64,000 nucleotides of DNA from an uncultured delta proteobacterium. GTDB lineage: Bacteria > Myxococcota_A > Polyangia > Haliangiales > Haliangiaceae. How positions within the stretch are numbered: the stretch's first letter is position 1; the number at the start of each line of letters is the position of its first letter. Location: contig CAVXTW010000015.1 of assembly GCA_963764695.1 (NCBI GenBank), positions 157,845-221,844 on the forward strand. The letters are read 5' to 3'. Of this stretch, positions 19,405 through 30,880 are shown in pieces. The notes beneath the pieces were generated by a model that was not told where the DNA came from, searched no databases, and saw nothing but the letters and a program-made list of their open reading frames with translations. The translations under genes were made by a program, and so were the position numbers.

Positions 19405-20178
19405 TCACCAGCAGGTGTAGCCGCCGTCGACCGACACGATGGAGCCGGTCATGAGACTCGCCGCGTCGCTGGCCAGGAACAGGACGACCGAGGCGACCTC
19501 CTCGATCTGACCGAGTCGTCCCATGGGCGTGCCGCCGACCCAGGCGTCGAACATCTCCTTGTTCGACTTCACGAACGCGGTGAGCGGCGTCTCGATGTAC
19601 GTCGGCGCGACCGCGTTGACACGCACGCCGCGCGCCGCCCACTCGGCCGCCAGCGACCTGGTCAGGTGATGAACGCCGGCCTTCGAGGCGTTGTAATAGC
19701 TCTGCTCCTGCGGGCGGTTGACGATGAAGCCGGACATCGACCCGATGTTGACGATCACGCCGCGCCGCTGCTCGAGCATGTGCCGGCCGAACGCGCGGCA
19801 GCACCAGAACACGCCGTTGAGGTTGACGTCGATCACATTGAGCCAGTGCTCGTCGGTCACCGACTCGGCCGGCGTCTCCGATCGGGCGATGCCCGCGTTG
19901 TTGACCAGGATATCGATGCGGCCGTGCTGGCGGATCACCGTGTCGGCGACCGCGGTCACCTGGTCCGGCCGCGTCACGTCCATGATCGCCACGCTGACGT
20001 CGTGGCCCTTTGCCTTCATGGCGCTGCGCCCTGCCTCGGCCGTCGCCTCGTCCATGTCCGCGATCACCACGGAGGCTCCGGCCTCCGCGAGCGCCTCCAC
20101 ACAGCCGAGACCGATGGCGCGCCCGCCGCCCGTGACCAGCGCGACTCGATTCGTGAGCTTGAATTTCTCCAGATACAT
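19405..20178 (-). CDS. SDR family oxidoreductase
   Basis: The Rossmann motif VALVTGGGRAIGLG is followed by NNAG, and a catalytic Tyr-Lys pair (YNASKAG) is present. Product is 257 residues. Confidence 0.9.
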   Translation of the reverse strand: MYLEKFKLTNRVALVTGGGRAIGLGCVEALAEAGASVVIADMDEATAEAGRSAMKAKGHDVSVAIMDVTRPDQVTAVADTVIRQHGRIDILVNNAGIARSETPAESVTDEHWLNVIDVNLNGVFWCCRAFGRHMLEQRRGVIVNIGSMSGFIVNRPQEQSYYNASKAGVHHLTRSLAAEWAARGVRVNAVAPTYIETPLTAFVKSNKEMFDAWVGGTPMGRLGQIEEVASVVLFLASDAASLMTGSIVSVDGGYTCW

Positions 20179-20188
20179 GTCTTTCTCC

Positions 20189-21193
<1,005 letters not shown>

Positions 21194-21203
21194 GACCGTT
21201 TCC

Positions 21204-22034
<831 letters not shown>

Positions 22035-22037
22035 CTG

Positions 22038-22910
22038 TCAGGTCTCCAGGTTCTTGCCGACCATCCGGACGAAGAAGTAGGCGACGATGTTGGCCAGCAC
22101 GACAGCGACCAGACCGCCGGCCGACGCCCCGCCCACGTCGTACTGCAGAAGCGCCTGCGAGTAGATGAGGAAGGCCAGGTTGGTTGTCTGCAGCCCGGGC
22201 CCGCCACCGGTGGTGACCAGGATCTCGGCGAAGATGGTCAGGAGGAAGATCGTCTCGATCAGGATCACCACCGTGATCGGCCGCGCCAGGTGCGGCAGCA
22301 CGATGTAGCGGAAGAAGGGGAAGGCGCCCGCGCCGTCCATCTCGGCCGCCTCCTTCTGCTCCTGGTCGAGCGACTGCAGCGCGGTCAAGAAGATCAGTGT
22401 CGCGAACGGCAGCCACTGCCAGGCAACGATGATGACCACGGAGAAGAGCGGCCACTCGGCGAACCAGTCCACCGCCGGCAGGCCCAGGAGCCGGGCGATC
22501 CAGGCGAACAGCCCGGACACCGGGTGCATCATCAGATTCTTCCAGACCAGCGCGCTCACCGTCGGCATGACGAAGAACGGCGCGATCACCATCAGCCGCA
22601 CGATTGGCCGGCCGACGATGTTCTGATCGATCAGCAGCGCGAGCAGGGTGCCGCCGACGACGGTGATGAGCAGAACCGAGCCGACCAGGAGCAGCGTGTT
22701 GAGCAGCGCCGTCTTGAACGCCGGGTCGGTCAAGAACCAGTAGTAGTTCTCCAGTCCCGCGAAACGCTCCTCGCCCGGGGCGAGCAGGTTGTAGCGCAGC
22801 GTGGAGAAGTAGATGGTCATCACCAGCGGGACGATCATCCACAGAAAGAGGATGATCACCGACGGAGCGACCAGCAGCCTCCCGGCGACGCGTGTTTGCC
22901 GAGTCGACAC
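22038..22910 (-). CDS. carbohydrate ABC transporter permease (MalF/UgpA-like)
   Basis: Polytopic membrane protein with the EAA motif EAAEMDGAGAFPFFRYIVLP; tightly linked to the flanking transporter genes. Confidence 0.85.
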   Translation of the reverse strand: MSTRQTRVAGRLLVAPSVIILFLWMIVPLVMTIYFSTLRYNLLAPGEERFAGLENYYWFLTDPAFKTALLNTLLLVGSVLLITVVGGTLLALLIDQNIVGRPIVRLMVIAPFFVMPTVSALVWKNLMMHPVSGLFAWIARLLGLPAVDWFAEWPLFSVVIIVAWQWLPFATLIFLTALQSLDQEQKEAAEMDGAGAFPFFRYIVLPHLARPITVVILIETIFLLTIFAEILVTTGGGPGLQTTNLAFLIYSQALLQYDVGGASAGGLVAVVLANIVAYFFVRMVGKNLET

Positions 22911-22925
22911 GTTCGACTCCTCACC

Positions 22926-24347
22926 TCACTTGAGGTAACCGGCGCGCGTCATCTCGCGCTGGGTGAGCTGCTGGGCCGCCGCGAGCGCGCGGTCAACGTC
23001 GGTCTGGCCGGTGAGCGCGGCCGAGAACTGCTGTCCGACGGACGTGCCGATGCCCTGGAACTCCGGGATCGCCACGAACTGCACGCCGGTGTACGGGACC
23101 GGCTTGACCGTCGGATGCGTCGGATCGGCGGCGTTGATCGAGTCGAGCGTCATCTTCGCGAACGGCGCGGCCTTCTGGTACTCCGCGTTCTTGTAGAGCG
23201 AGGTGCGGGTGCCTGGCGGGACGTTGGCCCATCCCTCCTTCGCGGCGACCAGCTCCAGGTAGGCCTTGCCCGTCGCCCACGCGACGAACTTCTTGGCCGC
23301 GTCGGCCTTCTTCGAGCTGGCCGGGATGGCGAGCGACCAGGCCCACAGCCAGTTGCCACGCTTGCCCAGCCCCTTGTCCGGTGCGAGCGCGAAGCCGACC
23401 TTGTCGGCCACCTTCGACTCCTTCGGGTTGGTCACGAACGAGGCGGCCACGGTGGCGTCAATCCACATGCCGCACTTGCCGGAGTTGAACAGGGCCAGGT
23501 TCTCGTTGAAGCCGTTCGACGAGGCGCCCGGGGGCCCCGCGTCCTTCATCAGCTTCACGTAGAAGTCGAGGGTGCTCTTCCACTCCGGCTGGTCGAACTG
23601 CGGCTTCCATTGCTCGTCGAACCAGCGCGCCCCGAACGAGTTGGCCATGGCGCTGAGGAAGGCCATGTTCTCGCCCCAGCCGGCCTTGCCGCGCAGGCAG
23701 ATGCCGTAGACCTCGCCGGATCGATCGGTGATCTTGCGCGCCGCGTCGGCCACGAAGTCCCAGGTGGGCGCGTCCGGCATCTGCAGGCCGGCCTTCTCGA
23801 ACAGGTCCTTGCGGTACATCGTCATCGACGACTCGCCGTAGAACGGCGCCGCGTGGAGCTTGCCCTCGTAGGTGAGGCCGGCGCGGATCGCCGGCAGCAG
23901 ATCATCGACGTCGTAGTCGGCGCCGAGATCGTCGAGCGGCATCAGCCAGCCGCGCTTGGCCCAGATGGGCACCTCGTAGGTGCCGATGGTGAGGAGATCG
24001 AACTGGCCGCCCTTGGTGGCGATGTCGGTCGTCACCTTCTGGCGCAGGACGTTCTCCTCGAGCGTGACCCATTCGACCTCGATACCCGGGTTCTTGGCAG
24101 TGAAGTCGGCGGTCAGACCCTGCATGCGGATCATGTCGCCGTTGTTGACGGTGGCGATGGTCAGCTTGTTGCTCGCCCCGGCCTTGTCGGATGTCTCCGA
24201 CTCCTTGCCGCAGGCGTGGAGCAGGGCGACGCCGGCCAGCAGCGCGGTGACCGCGATGCGTGGTCGCGTCGCGCGCGCGGCTGGCGACGGCGAAAGCCGA
24301 GACGAACAGCGGGTACGGCCCGGTCCGGAAACAGCGATTGGCGCCAT
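22926..24347 (-). CDS. ABC transporter extracellular solute-binding lipoprotein (sugar)
   Basis: The lipoprotein signal ends LLAGVALLHACGKESE, followed by a periplasmic-binding-protein type 1 fold. It is the first gene of the transporter operon. The exact start is uncertain. Confidence 0.8.
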   Translation of the reverse strand: MAPIAVSGPGRTRCSSRLSPSPAARATRPRIAVTALLAGVALLHACGKESETSDKAGASNKLTIATVNNGDMIRMQGLTADFTAKNPGIEVEWVTLEENVLRQKVTTDIATKGGQFDLLTIGTYEVPIWAKRGWLMPLDDLGADYDVDDLLPAIRAGLTYEGKLHAAPFYGESSMTMYRKDLFEKAGLQMPDAPTWDFVADAARKITDRSGEVYGICLRGKAGWGENMAFLSAMANSFGARWFDEQWKPQFDQPEWKSTLDFYVKLMKDAGPPGASSNGFNENLALFNSGKCGMWIDATVAASFVTNPKESKVADKVGFALAPDKGLGKRGNWLWAWSLAIPASSKKADAAKKFVAWATGKAYLELVAAKEGWANVPPGTRTSLYKNAEYQKAAPFAKMTLDSINAADPTHPTVKPVPYTGVQFVAIPEFQGIGTSVGQQFSAALTGQTDVDRALAAAQQLTQREMTRAGYLK

Positions 24348-24437
24348 GGTTTCCCTCCCCTGGGACTGCTGCGGGCCGGCGGCTTCGCCCCCGCAGTGCC
24401 TGATTTCTTCGGCTTTTAACCCCTCCGCGGCGTCTCT

Positions 24438-24472
24438 GTCAATAAATAAATCAGGCGGAAGTAATTATTGAC
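24438..24472. promoter_or_regulatory. AT-rich palindromic operator candidate GTCAATAA-N19-TTATTGAC between the ROK regulator gene and the sugar ABC operon
   Basis: An 8-bp perfect inverted repeat lies inside the only AT-rich stretch of the divergent intergenic region 24348-24518. ROK/NagC-type repressors bind AT-rich palindromes. Confidence 0.45.
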
Positions 24473-24518
24473 CGAGCCTGGCAAGCCCCTGCATTCTCGC
24501 GATATAGAAACCTCTTTC

Positions 24519-25769
24519 ATGGGAAGCGACGACATGGAACCGGACGCCAGCGCGGACTCGGCGGCGGTGCAGTCGCGAGATGGTCGCGGCACCAACCAGA
24601 CCGGGGTACGCCTCTACAACGAGCGGCTGATCCTGTCGCTCATCCGCCGCCACGGCAGTCTCACCAAGGTGGACATCGCGCGGCTCACCGGTCTATCGAC
24701 GCAGACCACGACGGTCGCGATCAACCGGCTCAAGGCCGACGGCCTCTTGCGCGCCGGCGAGCGCCAGCGCGGGCGCATCGGCCAGCCCGCCGTGCCCTAC
24801 TCGCTCAACCCGGACGGCGCGTTCGCGCTCGGCCTCAAGATCGGCCGCCGCAGCAGCGACCTGGTGCTGATGGACTTCGTCGCCGGCATCCGCGCGCGCC
24901 GCCGCATCACCTATCAGCATCCAGAGCCGGCCCAGCTGATGAGCTTCGCCGGCGAGGGCATCCCGGAGCTGGCCGGCGAGCTCAGCGCGCGGCAGCGCGA
25001 CCGCATCGCCGGCCTCGGCGTGGCGATGCCGTTCGAGCTGTGGAACTGGGAGGCGGAACTGGACATGCCGGCCGGCACTCTCGGCGAGTGGCGCCGCTTC
25101 GACGTGACGGGCGAGCTGTCGCGGCTTGTCGCGCCCTGGCCCGTGCGCGTGTGCAACGACGCCACGTCGGCCTGCGCTGCCGAGCTCACCTTCGGCCGCG
25201 GCGCCGCGTATCGCGACTTCGCCTACTTCTATGTGGGCGCCTTCGCCGGCGGCGGCGTCGTGCTCAACGGCAGCCTGTTCCCCGGCCGCAGCGGCAACGC
25301 CGGCGCGCTCGGCTCGATGCCAGTCTTGCGGAACGAGCCGACCGGCGCGGCCGGCGTCCAGCAGCTCATCCGCTCGGCGTCGCTCTACCTGCTCGAGCGC
25401 CGCCTCGTCGCCGCCGGCCAGCCCGGCACCGCCATCTGGCTCTCGCCGGACGACTGGTCGAGCTTCGCGGGCCCCCTCGATTCCTGGATCGACGAGGCGG
25501 CAGGCGGGCTGGCCCAGGCCGTCGCCGCGGTGCTCTCGGTCATCGACTTCGAGGCCGTCGTCATCGACGGCGCCTTCCCCGCCGACGTCCGCCGCCGCCT
25601 GGTCGAGCGCACCATCGATCGCTTCGGCGACATGAACCGCCAGGGCCTCACCGACGCCGCCATCATCGAGGGCTCGGTCGGCCGCGACGCCCGCGCCATC
25701 GGCGGCGCCGCCATGCCGCTGCTCGCCGCCTTCGCCCGCGACTTCGACGTCCTCTTCAAGGCGAGCTGA
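24519..25769 (+). CDS. ROK family transcriptional regulator (NagC/XylR-like)
   Basis: An N-terminal winged HTH (LILSLIRRHGSLTKVDIARLTGLSTQTTTVAINRLKADGLL) is followed by a ROK sugar-kinase-like domain with glycine-rich motifs. ATG 24534, preceded by a GGAAG RBS, is an alternative start; the TTG at 24468 used by the ORF track is unlikely. Confidence 0.85.
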   Translation: MGSDDMEPDASADSAAVQSRDGRGTNQTGVRLYNERLILSLIRRHGSLTKVDIARLTGLSTQTTTVAINRLKADGLLRAGERQRGRIGQPAVPYSLNPDGAFALGLKIGRRSSDLVLMDFVAGIRARRRITYQHPEPAQLMSFAGEGIPELAGELSARQRDRIAGLGVAMPFELWNWEAELDMPAGTLGEWRRFDVTGELSRLVAPWPVRVCNDATSACAAELTFGRGAAYRDFAYFYVGAFAGGGVVLNGSLFPGRSGNAGALGSMPVLRNEPTGAAGVQQLIRSASLYLLERRLVAAGQPGTAIWLSPDDWSSFAGPLDSWIDEAAGGLAQAVAAVLSVIDFEAVVIDGAFPADVRRRLVERTIDRFGDMNRQGLTDAAIIEGSVGRDARAIGGAAMPLLAAFARDFDVLFKAS

Positions 25770-25790
25770 CCGCGGTATGCTCGCGGCTGC

Positions 25791-26813
25791 ATGAGCGACG
25801 CCAGCGTCTGGTACATCGGGATCAACGGGCAGCAGCAGGGACCGGTCGGCACGCAGCAAGTGATCGACCTCATCCGCACGGGGCAGCTGACGCCCGATGC
25901 GTATGTCTACGGTCCCGGGCTGGCCGGGTGGACGCCGATCACGCAGGTGGCGGCGTTCACGCCGGCGTTCCACGGGTCGGCGATGCCGCCGCCACCGCCG
26001 CCGCCGGTCGGGCCCGCGCCCGCCGCGGCCGATCAGATCGACTTCGAGATCTTCGGCGAGGAGATGCAGTTCGTCGAGGTCACGCTCGACCCGGGCGAGG
26101 CCGCGGTCGCCGAGGCCGGCTCCTTCTTCTACATGGATCCCGGCATCGAGATGTCAACTGTCTTCGGCGACGGCTCGGCGCAGAGCGACCAGCAGGGCTT
26201 CATGGGCAAGCTGCTGGGCGGGGCCAAGCGCCTGCTCACCGGCGAGTCGCTGTTCATGACCATCTTCGGCAACGCAGCCGGGCAGCGGCGCAAGGTCGCG
26301 TTCGCCGCGCCCTACCCCGGCAAGATCATCCCGATGGATCTGCGCCAGCTCGGCGGCGCCATCCTCTGCCAGAAGGACGCCTTCCTGTGCGCGGCCAAGG
26401 GCATCTCGGTCGGCGTGGCGTGGAACAAGAAGGTGGGCGCCGGCCTGTTCGGCGGCGAGGGATTCATCTTGCAGAAGCTGGAAGGCCAGGGCCTGGCCTT
26501 CGTCCACGCCGGCGGCACCATCGTCACCAGGGAGCTCGCCCCGGGCGAGGTGCTGCGCCTCGACACCGGCTGCCTGGTCGCCTTCGAGCCGCGCGTCGCC
26601 TACGACATCCAGTGGATCGGCGGCTTCAAGAGCGCGCTGTTCGGCGGCGAGGGCCTCTTCTTCGCGACGCTGACGGGGCCCGGCCGCGTGTGGCTACAGT
26701 CGCTGCCGTTCAGCCGCCTGGCCGGGCGCATCCTGGCCGCCGCCGCTGCCTCCGGCTTCGGCCGCGGCCGCGAAGAGGGCTCCATCCTGGGCGGCCTCGG
26801 CACCGGCTCGTGA
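25791..26813 (+). CDS. AIM24 family protein (DUF124/TIGR00266) with N-terminal DUF4339 (GYF-like) domain
   Basis: The N-terminus [47 protein letters not shown] is followed by a Pro-rich linker and then the AIM24 core ([34 protein letters not shown]...[21 protein letters not shown]). Confidence 0.8.
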   Translation: MSDASVWYIGINGQQQGPVGTQQVIDLIRTGQLTPDAYVYGPGLAGWTPITQVAAFTPAFHGSAMPPPPPPPVGPAPAAADQIDFEIFGEEMQFVEVTLDPGEAAVAEAGSFFYMDPGIEMSTVFGDGSAQSDQQGFMGKLLGGAKRLLTGESLFMTIFGNAAGQRRKVAFAAPYPGKIIPMDLRQLGGAILCQKDAFLCAAKGISVGVAWNKKVGAGLFGGEGFILQKLEGQGLAFVHAGGTIVTRELAPGEVLRLDTGCLVAFEPRVAYDIQWIGGFKSALFGGEGLFFATLTGPGRVWLQSLPFSRLAGRILAAAAASGFGRGREEGSILGGLGTGS

Positions 26814-26864
26814 GCGCCCTCAGGCAACCATGACCTGATCGGAAGCGATTCGTCAGGAGAGACA

Positions 26865-27215
26865 ATGCCCCAGCCATCCGCTCTGTACCGACAGGTGATC
26901 GATCGACTCGTTCATGAATGTCGCGAGGGACAGGGACAGATCGGGTCGCAGCGCGCGCGGCAGGGAACATGGAACGTCAGCGCGCGGCCCGACTTCATCC
27001 CGGAGCAGCACGCGATCAATGAGTTGCTCGCCCGGATGACGGCCGAGGATCGCGAGATCCTCGCGGGGATGCTCCGGGACGCGTTTGTCGGCGGCGTTCA
27101 TGCGGCGCTCGTCGTGCTCCATGAGGAGGAGGTCCAGCCATTCGAGGATGGATACGAGGGCACGCCCTTTCACGACTTCATCGGCCGTCTCAACGACTGG
27201 CCCTGGCCGGAGTAG
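26865..27215 (+). CDS. hypothetical small acidic protein
   Basis: A 116-residue ORF with GC3-biased codons and an acidic C-terminus (EEEVQPFEDGYEGTPFHDFIGRLNDWPWPE). No recognisable family. Confidence 0.5.
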   Translation: MPQPSALYRQVIDRLVHECREGQGQIGSQRARQGTWNVSARPDFIPEQHAINELLARMTAEDREILAGMLRDAFVGGVHAALVVLHEEEVQPFEDGYEGTPFHDFIGRLNDWPWPE

Positions 27216-27235
27216 ACCAAGAGTAGTGTGAGCGC

Positions 27236-28006
27236 TCAGTCCGGCGACACTTCGCCCATCACGGTCCACATCCAGGCGCCGCGTACTTTCGTGGCGGTGA
27301 TGTCGCTGTAGCTGCCGGGTAGCTCCAGGCGGTAGGTTTCCTGGTCGAGCCGGCACATCGGGGTGAGCTCGCCGGCGTCGATCTCCTTGGCGTCGCTCTC
27401 GTCGATGAGCTCCCGCCAGCGGGCGGCGAACGCGGCGGCGTCCTTGAACTTCACCTTCTCGTCCTGATCCTTGAGCGGGAACGCGAACGAGGTGGCGACC
27501 GCGGCCGGCTTGCCGGCGACCACCGACCTGACGAAGGCCTTCCAGAACGCGGCGAAGCCGTCGTTGGCCCAGCAGGTGCGCTTCGATCCGGGGCCGGGCG
27601 GCACCAGCAACAGAACAGGCGACGTCGGGTAGTTCGAGAGGCTCGGGCTCAGGATCAGCGAGGCGCGCTTTCCTTCCCACAGCTTGTCGCCCTCGGCGCT
27701 CACGATCGGCGCTGCTCCGAACTCCTTTGTGATGGCGGCGACCGCGGCGGCGACGTCGGCGCACTTGTCGGACTCGAACCTGACCTTGATCACCTTCTTC
27801 TTGCGGTCGATGTCCGGGTACAGCCGACCGGCGCAGCCGTACACGGTCGTCTTGATCGTGCCAGCCACCGCCCTCTCCTGGCCGAGCGCGACACCGCCCA
27901 GCGACGCGACCTCGGCCCGGACATCAGGCGAGGCCGCGAGCGCGGCGACCAAGAGTACGAGTGAGCTGACCGCAACACGCATCCTGTGACTCCTTCCCCT
28001 CTTCAC
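27236..28006 (-). CDS. secreted hypothetical protein
   Basis: Signal peptide MRVAVSSLVLLVAALAASPDVRA, then a mature protein with four Cys and a Lys-rich core. No recognisable family. Confidence 0.55.
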   Translation of the reverse strand: MKRGRSHRMRVAVSSLVLLVAALAASPDVRAEVASLGGVALGQERAVAGTIKTTVYGCAGRLYPDIDRKKKVIKVRFESDKCADVAAAVAAITKEFGAAPIVSAEGDKLWEGKRASLILSPSLSNYPTSPVLLLVPPGPGSKRTCWANDGFAAFWKAFVRSVVAGKPAAVATSFAFPLKDQDEKVKFKDAAAFAARWRELIDESDAKEIDAGELTPMCRLDQETYRLELPGSYSDITATKVRGAWMWTVMGEVSPD

Positions 28007-28084
28007 GCGCGAGACATTAGCTGACTATTGGGCTCACGAGGCCGTCTTGCCTTCCGCGGTCCGGTCGCCCACGATCCGGACCGC

Positions 28085-29287
28085 GTGCTGCGCAGTCGGG
28101 CACCCACGTCGCACCTCGCACTCCTCTGGGCCGGCCAGCTGCTGTCGGCCATCGGCGATCAGCTGCACCAGGTCGCGCTGATGTGGATCGCGGTCTCCGC
28201 GGTGGGGGCCGGCGCGGGGCTTGTCGCGGCGGCGGGGACGGCCGCGCGGCTCGTGTTCGGCCTGCTCGGCGGCGTCTACTCCGACAGGTGGAATCGACGG
28301 CGCGCCATGATCGCGTCGGACCTCGCGCGCGCGGCGCTGGTCGCCACCCTCGCGATCGCCGGCGCTGGAGGGCCGCTCGCGCTGTGGCATCTCGCGGCGA
28401 TCGCCGCCGCGCTGGGCGCGCTCGACGCTCTCTTTCAGCCGGCCTTGCAGGCCAGCCTCCCCGCGCTGGCCCCCGAGCCGTCGCGACTCCAGCGGATCAA
28501 CGCCGCGCTCAACATCAACCATCGCGCGGCGCTCGTCGTCGGCCCCATGCTCACCGGAGCGCTGCTCGGCGTCATCCCGATCACGCAGTTCTTCGCCGTC
28601 AACGGCGTGAGCTTCGTGGCGTCGGCCGCCGCGATCGCCTCGCTGGGACGCCACTACCGCTGGAAGGGCGGCGCTGATGACCCGGAGGTCGGTCCGCGCC
28701 CCATCCTGCGCGAGCTCGCCGACGCCGGACGCGTGGTCGCCGCGCACCCGTGGATGCCGGCCGCGCTCGTCGCGTTCGTCTGCTCGAACGTGGCGTGGAG
28801 CGCCGTGGTGGTCGGGGCACCGCTTTTGGCTCGCGATGTCCTCGGCGGCGGCCCGGAGACCTACGGCTACGTGATGGGCGGGTACGGCCTGGGCAACGTG
28901 CTCAGCAACGTCCTGCTCGGCGTCGTGACGATCAGGCGGCGCGCGGCCGTCTTCTTCGCCGGCGGGCTGGTGTTCTCGCTCGGTGTGGCCGCGCTCGGGT
29001 CGACCACCACCCTGGCCCAGGCGATGGCGATCGCCGCCATCGCCGCCCTGGGCGGGCCGATGCAGGATCTGATGCTGCTCTCTGCCGTGCAGCTCGACGT
29101 CCCTCCCGACAAGATCGGCAAGGTCTTCGCCTTCCGCACCACGATCTCGCAGACCGGCCTGGGTCTCGGCCTGGTCATCGCGGCGCCGGTGCTCGCGTCG
29201 CTGTCCATCCCGCTGGCCATGGCGCTGCTCTCGGCGCCGGCCGCGCTGCTCTCGCTGGCTGCGCTGTTCCGCTACGGGCGTCGTTGA
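28085..29287 (+). CDS. MFS transporter (EntS/YbdA-like exporter family)
   Basis: Twelve predicted TM helices and the MFS motif LLGGVYSDRWNRRRAMI between TM2 and TM3. GTG 28085 gives a plausible start; the ORF track's TTG 28028 is an alternative. Confidence 0.75.
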   Translation: MLRSRAPTSHLALLWAGQLLSAIGDQLHQVALMWIAVSAVGAGAGLVAAAGTAARLVFGLLGGVYSDRWNRRRAMIASDLARAALVATLAIAGAGGPLALWHLAAIAAALGALDALFQPALQASLPALAPEPSRLQRINAALNINHRAALVVGPMLTGALLGVIPITQFFAVNGVSFVASAAAIASLGRHYRWKGGADDPEVGPRPILRELADAGRVVAAHPWMPAALVAFVCSNVAWSAVVVGAPLLARDVLGGGPETYGYVMGGYGLGNVLSNVLLGVVTIRRRAAVFFAGGLVFSLGVAALGSTTTLAQAMAIAAIAALGGPMQDLMLLSAVQLDVPPDKIGKVFAFRTTISQTGLGLGLVIAAPVLASLSIPLAMALLSAPAALLSLAALFRYGRR

Positions 29288-29575
29288 TCGAAGGGCGAGC
29301 CGCCGGGGCGGCATCCTGGCCGCCATCTCGCTCGCAAATTGTGCGGCCAGCGCGCAGCGACAATCACGCGCGTCCGGACGCCGCACCGCGCGGGTCATGA
29401 GTCCGGGACCTACGCGCCGACGACACACGATCATCGCTCGCAGAGATCATTGTCGGCTGGCTTCCGATCAACGATTCGCTCGGTGGCCTGTGCGCGTGCT
29501 GCTAGCGTGATTCGCGCGCGGGTGGTGGTGGCCGACTGCCGCGCAGCTCGTCCGCGGCCCGTAGCAAGGAGCTCC

Positions 29576-30415
29576 ATGGAACTCGTCTCCGCGTCGCCCG
29601 GTCTCGATTTCGAGCCCGCTCCCATGATCCACGAGCTGGTGGCGCGCGACATGCCCGCGCCGGAGTACGTGGACGCTCTGCAGCGCTATGCGCGCCTGTC
29701 GCGCGCCGCCCGCCATCCTCTGCTCGAGGTCGTGGCCGGCGGAGCGTTCGCCTCGCACCGCGCGGCCATGCGCAGCTTCTTCCGCGAGTACTACCACTAC
29801 AGCCGCCGCTTCACGCGCTTCCTCGCGTCGGTGATGGCCGAGCTGGAGGAGCCGGAGCACCGCGCGGCGCTCGTCCCCAACACCGCCGAGGAGGCCGGCC
29901 ATCTCGACGACCGGCACGTGATCGAGCTCATCGCCGCCGGCATCGATCCGGTCAACGTGGCCGCACCGCACCCGCAGCTGTTTCGCCGCTTCCTGGTCGC
30001 CATCGGCCTGGCTCCCGCCGAGCTCGATCGCGCCACGCCGCACGTGGCCACCGCGGCGTGGATCCGCTCGTTCGAGGCGCTGTGCCGCACCGACGAGGCG
30101 ACAGCGGTCGGCGCCCTCGGCATCGCCACCGAGGGGATCGTGCGCGACATGTACCAGCACGTCCTGGCCGGCATCCGGCGCGCATGGCCGGATCTGAGCG
30201 CCCGCGACCGCGCCTTCTTCGAGCTGCACGCGCTTGTCAACGACGATCATGCCGAGACCCTGCGCACCATCGCCATCGCCCTGGCCACCGAGCCGGCCGG
30301 GCGGCACCGGCTTGCCGTCGGCGTGCTCGGCGCGCTCGACGCGCGGGCCAGCTTCTTCGATCAGATGCAGCTGTTCCTGCTCTCGATCGAGAGGCGCGGA
30401 GAGGACCGCTCGTGA
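29576..30415 (+). CDS. heme-oxygenase-like fold iron-containing redox enzyme (HDO superfamily; TenA/PqqC/CADD-like)
   Basis: An all-helical protein with paired carboxylate/His ligand motifs EEAGHLDDRH and FFELHALVNDDHAETL, consistent with a diiron site of the heme-oxygenase-like oxidase family. ATG 29576 follows an AAGGAG RBS. The stop overlaps the next gene as GTGA. Confidence 0.7.
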   Translation: MELVSASPGLDFEPAPMIHELVARDMPAPEYVDALQRYARLSRAARHPLLEVVAGGAFASHRAAMRSFFREYYHYSRRFTRFLASVMAELEEPEHRAALVPNTAEEAGHLDDRHVIELIAAGIDPVNVAAPHPQLFRRFLVAIGLAPAELDRATPHVATAAWIRSFEALCRTDEATAVGALGIATEGIVRDMYQHVLAGIRRAWPDLSARDRAFFELHALVNDDHAETLRTIAIALATEPAGRHRLAVGVLGALDARASFFDQMQLFLLSIERRGEDRS

Positions 30416-30861
30416 CCGACAGGTTCACCGATCCTGCGCGCAATCGCGAGGGGCTCGAGCCGCGTCCGTCGCGGGGGCCTGTGCCGGAGCTGCTGCACAC
30501 CGCTGTCGTGTCAACAGGCGCCGCCCTCGCCTTCTCGCGCGAGCGCGGCCACCCGGTGTATCCTGTGCGCGTGCCGGCCTGCTCGCTCAGCATGACGGTC
30601 GGCGTGCTCGAGCCGGGCGCCCGCACCGTCAATCATCGCCACGCCTACGAGGCGATCATGCTCGTGCTGGCCGGCCACGGCCACAGCGTCGTGGAGGGGC
30701 GCCGCTTCGACTGGAAGGCGGGCGATGCGCTCTACGCGCCGCCGTGGTGCTGGCACCAGCACATCGCCGATGCGGACTGCCACGTCGAGTACGTGACCGC
30801 GACCAACATGCCGATGCTCGAGTCGCTGGGCCAGACGGTGATGCGCCAGGAGGAGCGCTGA
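30412..30861 (+). CDS. cupin domain metalloprotein
   Basis: Cupin motif 1 is VNHRHAYEAIMLVLAGHG (HxH...E...G) and motif 2 is GDALYAPPWCWHQH. It is 149 residues; the GTG start overlaps the upstream stop. Confidence 0.75.
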   Translation: MTDRFTDPARNREGLEPRPSRGPVPELLHTAVVSTGAALAFSRERGHPVYPVRVPACSLSMTVGVLEPGARTVNHRHAYEAIMLVLAGHGHSVVEGRRFDWKAGDALYAPPWCWHQHIADADCHVEYVTATNMPMLESLGQTVMRQEER

Positions 30862-30880
30862 TGTCACGCCGGGGGCGCAG

